From: Leucoraja ocellata
Lineage: Eukaryota
Assembly (NCBI GenBank): GCA_036785375.1
Contig: JAWMAR010000234.1
Span: 3,534,001-3,598,000, forward strand
Length of the DNA stretch: 64,000 nucleotides
Direction: 5' to 3'
Both the position numbers and the translations under genes were made by a program. Of this stretch, positions 60,968 to 64,000 are shown in pieces; the stretch's first letter is position 1; every line of letters starts with the position of its first letter. The notes beneath the pieces were generated by a model. It was not told where the DNA came from, ran no database searches, and saw nothing but the letters and a program-made list of their open reading frames with translations.

Positions 60968-61332
60968 AACTTTGTTTTCTCTCGAGCATCAGAGGTTGAG
61001 GGGAGTCCTGATAGAAGTATGTAGAATTATGAGAGGCATATAGAAGGTGGACAGTCAGAACCTTTCTCCCAGGGTGGGAATGTCAAGTAGCTTTCAGCAG
61101 GCAATGTTTAAAGATGATGCGCTGGCAGGTTTTTGCAGTTCCAGGAACGTGGTGGTAGAAGAAAATAAAATAGTGGTATAAAATAGAGGCCTTTGACAGG
61201 TACATGGATATGCAGAAAGTGGAGGAATATGGATCATGTGCAGGCATGCAAGATTAACGGCTGAATCATGCTCAGCGTAGACATTGTGGGCTAAAGTGCC
61301 TGTTCCTGCGTTGCACTGCTCTATGTTCTATG
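60968..61332 (+). mobile_element. CR1 LINE 3' fragment
   Basis: LFSLEHQRLRGVLIEVCRIMRGI-like translation; tail GTGGGCTAAAGTGCCTGTTCCTGCGTTGCACTGCTCTATGTTCTATG. Confidence 0.8.
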
Positions 61333-61343
61333 GTACAGCTTGT

Positions 61344-61655
61344 GGTCGGCACAGTGGCACAGCGGTAGAGTTGCTGCCTTACAGGGCCAGAGATCCGTGT
61401 TCTATCCTGACTACGGGTGCTGTATGTATGGAGTTTGTATGTTCTCCTTGTGACCGCATGGGTTTTTTCTGGGTGCTCTGATTTCCTCCCACACTCCACT
61501 TACAGATTTGTGCAGATTTGTAGGTTAATTGGCTTCTGTAAATTGTATGTTGTCCCTTGTGTGTAGGGCAGTGCTACTGTGAGAGGTGATTGCTGGTTGG
61601 TGCGGACTTGTTGGGCCAAAAAGGCTGTTACCTCGCTGTATCTCTAAAGTCTAAA
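61344..61655 (+). mobile_element. Full-length tRNA-derived V-SINE (HE1-like)
   Basis: A-box TGGCACAGCGG, decayed B-box GTTCTATCC, central V-like domain, tail TGTATCTCTAAAGTCTAAAG. Confidence 0.88.
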
Positions 61656-64000
61656 GATTGATGTATTGCTTAGTTTTACCAGAAGCAATACTGTGATTAT
61701 TTTTTAAGCAATGTTGCACTTGGAGAATCCAGTTTTAAATATATTTTGTCAGGTGTTGGTCTAAATGTTTTACTGACTGTCAGAATAGTTGGTTCCATGT
61801 TTAGCCATCCTTATCTCTGATTTTATCTTCGTGCAGATCAGTCCTTTAAGAAGCAAACAAAGCTCATTAATTGATAAATGAATAGATGCGCCAACAGGCA
61901 TTACACTAAGCCTCACAGATCAAGAAGATCACAGTTTGATCTGGGCCAGGGAAGGACTGAGACAGGTTTATTTGAACATTATCCTGAGGTAGATAATCAG
62001 TCAGGCTAACAGCTCCCAGTTGATAAACCTTAGAACCTGAAACTGTGTGGGCATTGGTTAATGATAGGATAAGTCTTTACGGTGATGCATGTTAGTCAGG
62101 TATGTTCCATTTAATATTTGTTAACCAGTACCTCTCACTACTGACAAGTGTACCAGGCAGCAAGGAAGGCAGACACTTGCATAGTTTCAATTGTTTTTAA
62201 TTGACAGTGTTCTAGGCTTCAATTACTGGTTTGCAAAAAATGTCTGTTTGCTTGGCTGACTGTAAGCACCCAATATTTTTTTTTAAAACATAATTTTCAG
62301 TCCATTTATTTGTGAAATTATCTCCATTACACAAATGGAGTACATTCGACTGATATAAGATACAAACGGGCAATATGATATACTTGGGCTTGGTGTGTAG
62401 CCCAGTTAATGACAGATCGTGATGGGTTGGAGAAATGTTTCAGACGTATTTTCTTCCTGTAACAGTTTAAGAGACTCCGCACTTTCTGTCAAGGCAAGCT
62501 TACACGATGCATGTACTTGTGCAGGTGGGAACCAACTTATTTTTCTTGTTATTTAGAGAGCCAGTAAAATGGCATACAAGTTACTTCTCGCAATACCTCT
62601 GTGACAGCTCAAAATAAAGGAACAGATTCAGAGTAGCAGCTTAATTTTACATGTCTCGTATCTAATCTTTAACTTCTTTAGATGGCTATCGTGAAGAAAA
62701 AGTTACTCCATTATAATAATTGATTTAATATTTTCAAACAAAACATCAAATGTCTTTTAAAATGTTGATAATTTTGCACTTTCTGAACTTTTGATGAGGA
62801 ATTAATATTTCTGTTCACGAGTAAGATTTGCAATTATTATCTGGTTTTATTTAGCTTTGGGGATCAGAGTTTTTGCTTGGTGCATGTAAATATTATTTTA
62901 TGTTTAATTTTGTTCCCTCCTACTTTTTTAATCAAATTTGTTCAGCTTATATGGCAGTGTTTTACCTCTTAAATCGGCATCCCTTCTTCGCAGAGTTATT
63001 TTGTTGCATGTTGCCAGAGGGGAAAGAGGATCAATCTACTTATCCATCTTCCATATTCTGGAGAATCAGCATCATGGTGCAGTCCCTATATTTTGTGGTT
63101 GTATTGCAATATCAGATTTATTTTTCACTATTAAGGAAGACAGAGCAACTATTATTCTGCCAAATCAAAAATACAAATATTCCATCTTTACAGAGTAAAA
63201 TTTGGTTAAATTCAAAACTTCTCTTGGTGTCAGGTTACACTGTCTCTTAAACTTTTCAAATGCAATATAATATCTAATATTTCATGGCAATCTCTCAGAA
63301 GATGAACAGCACTAAATTAGTAGTATTTGAAAACATCTTGCATTCATTAAGACATTTATTATACAGCTCGGTGTAGTATCAAACCTTAGATTAATAACTC
63401 GACAAACCACAGAAATTAGTGATGGCAAATAAGTTAATAAATTGGAAACGCATAAACCACTTCGATTTGGGAGTCTCGCAGGCAATGTTCCATCAAACTT
63501 GATGGAAACTAATGGCTTGAATATAGATAATGGGACAATTATCATGCTCAAATAACATTATTACAGTATTCCTTAACATCCAAATTCAATATCAGATGCC
63601 ACATTGTATGGCTGACTTTTAAATGTAGGCATGGTTACTTTTAAATGATGACATAGATCTATGGAAGTGTTTGAGAGTTTTCTGAACTCCATTGCAAATC
63701 ATCATCTAGTAAACAGTAACATTGGACAGTGAATACTTCACTCTTGTTACTTTGCTGTCCCCTTCCTGATTCCTCACCTCCCTCTGTATGTAAGTAGAGA
63801 ATCAAAGTATTTCACATGAAGTCCGTGGCATGGAAGTATAGAAAGAGTTTGCCCTTGATTACTGTTTACAAGGTATCTGACTACAATGAGATTGTTATGC
63901 AAGTCAATGAATGGCATTTAGGAAGTATAAGCAGAGTCTTCATTGTGTAGAAGGACAGACTATTATATTATTTGAAGGCACTGAAGTCTTGAGAACTCCA

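Noticed and set aside
1-64000. CRISPR array, tRNA, rRNA or prokaryotic operon
   Set aside because: The DNA is eukaryotic; the recurrent motifs are dispersed retroelements, not regularly spaced repeats, and tRNA-like sequence is limited to SINE heads.

Overview
This is AT-rich vertebrate genomic DNA. The repeat complement (HE1/V-SINE-like SINEs, CR1 tails, short Penelope-derived elements) points to a cartilaginous fish, probably a skate or ray; that is an inference. I recognise no intact host protein-coding gene, so the window looks intronic or intergenic, and most ORF-track entries are spurious or transposon debris. Mobile content: two decayed Tc1 (DD34E, IR/DR-type) transposons, CR1, Rex1/Babar and Vingi LINE fragments, tRNA-derived SINEs, a Tigger/MER47-like terminus, and remnants of Penelope RT and GIY-YIG domains. 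There are also about 20 short Penelope-derived elements and three copies of a non-autonomous Helitron. Best leads: (1) the short Penelope-derived elements carry minimal hammerhead ribozyme cores, often sit in fold-back arrangements and are flanked by 10-17 bp target-site duplications; (2) a near-complete Helitron spanning the assembly gap appears to have captured host first-exon sequence, including a SAC3D1-like motif ending at a splice donor, and all three Helitron copies carry perfect CRE palindromes; (3) several unrelated elements share a covarying 3' stem-loop, suggesting they parasitise Rex1-type LINE machinery. Family names come from recall of consensus motifs, not from a database search, and boundaries of decayed repeats are approximate.
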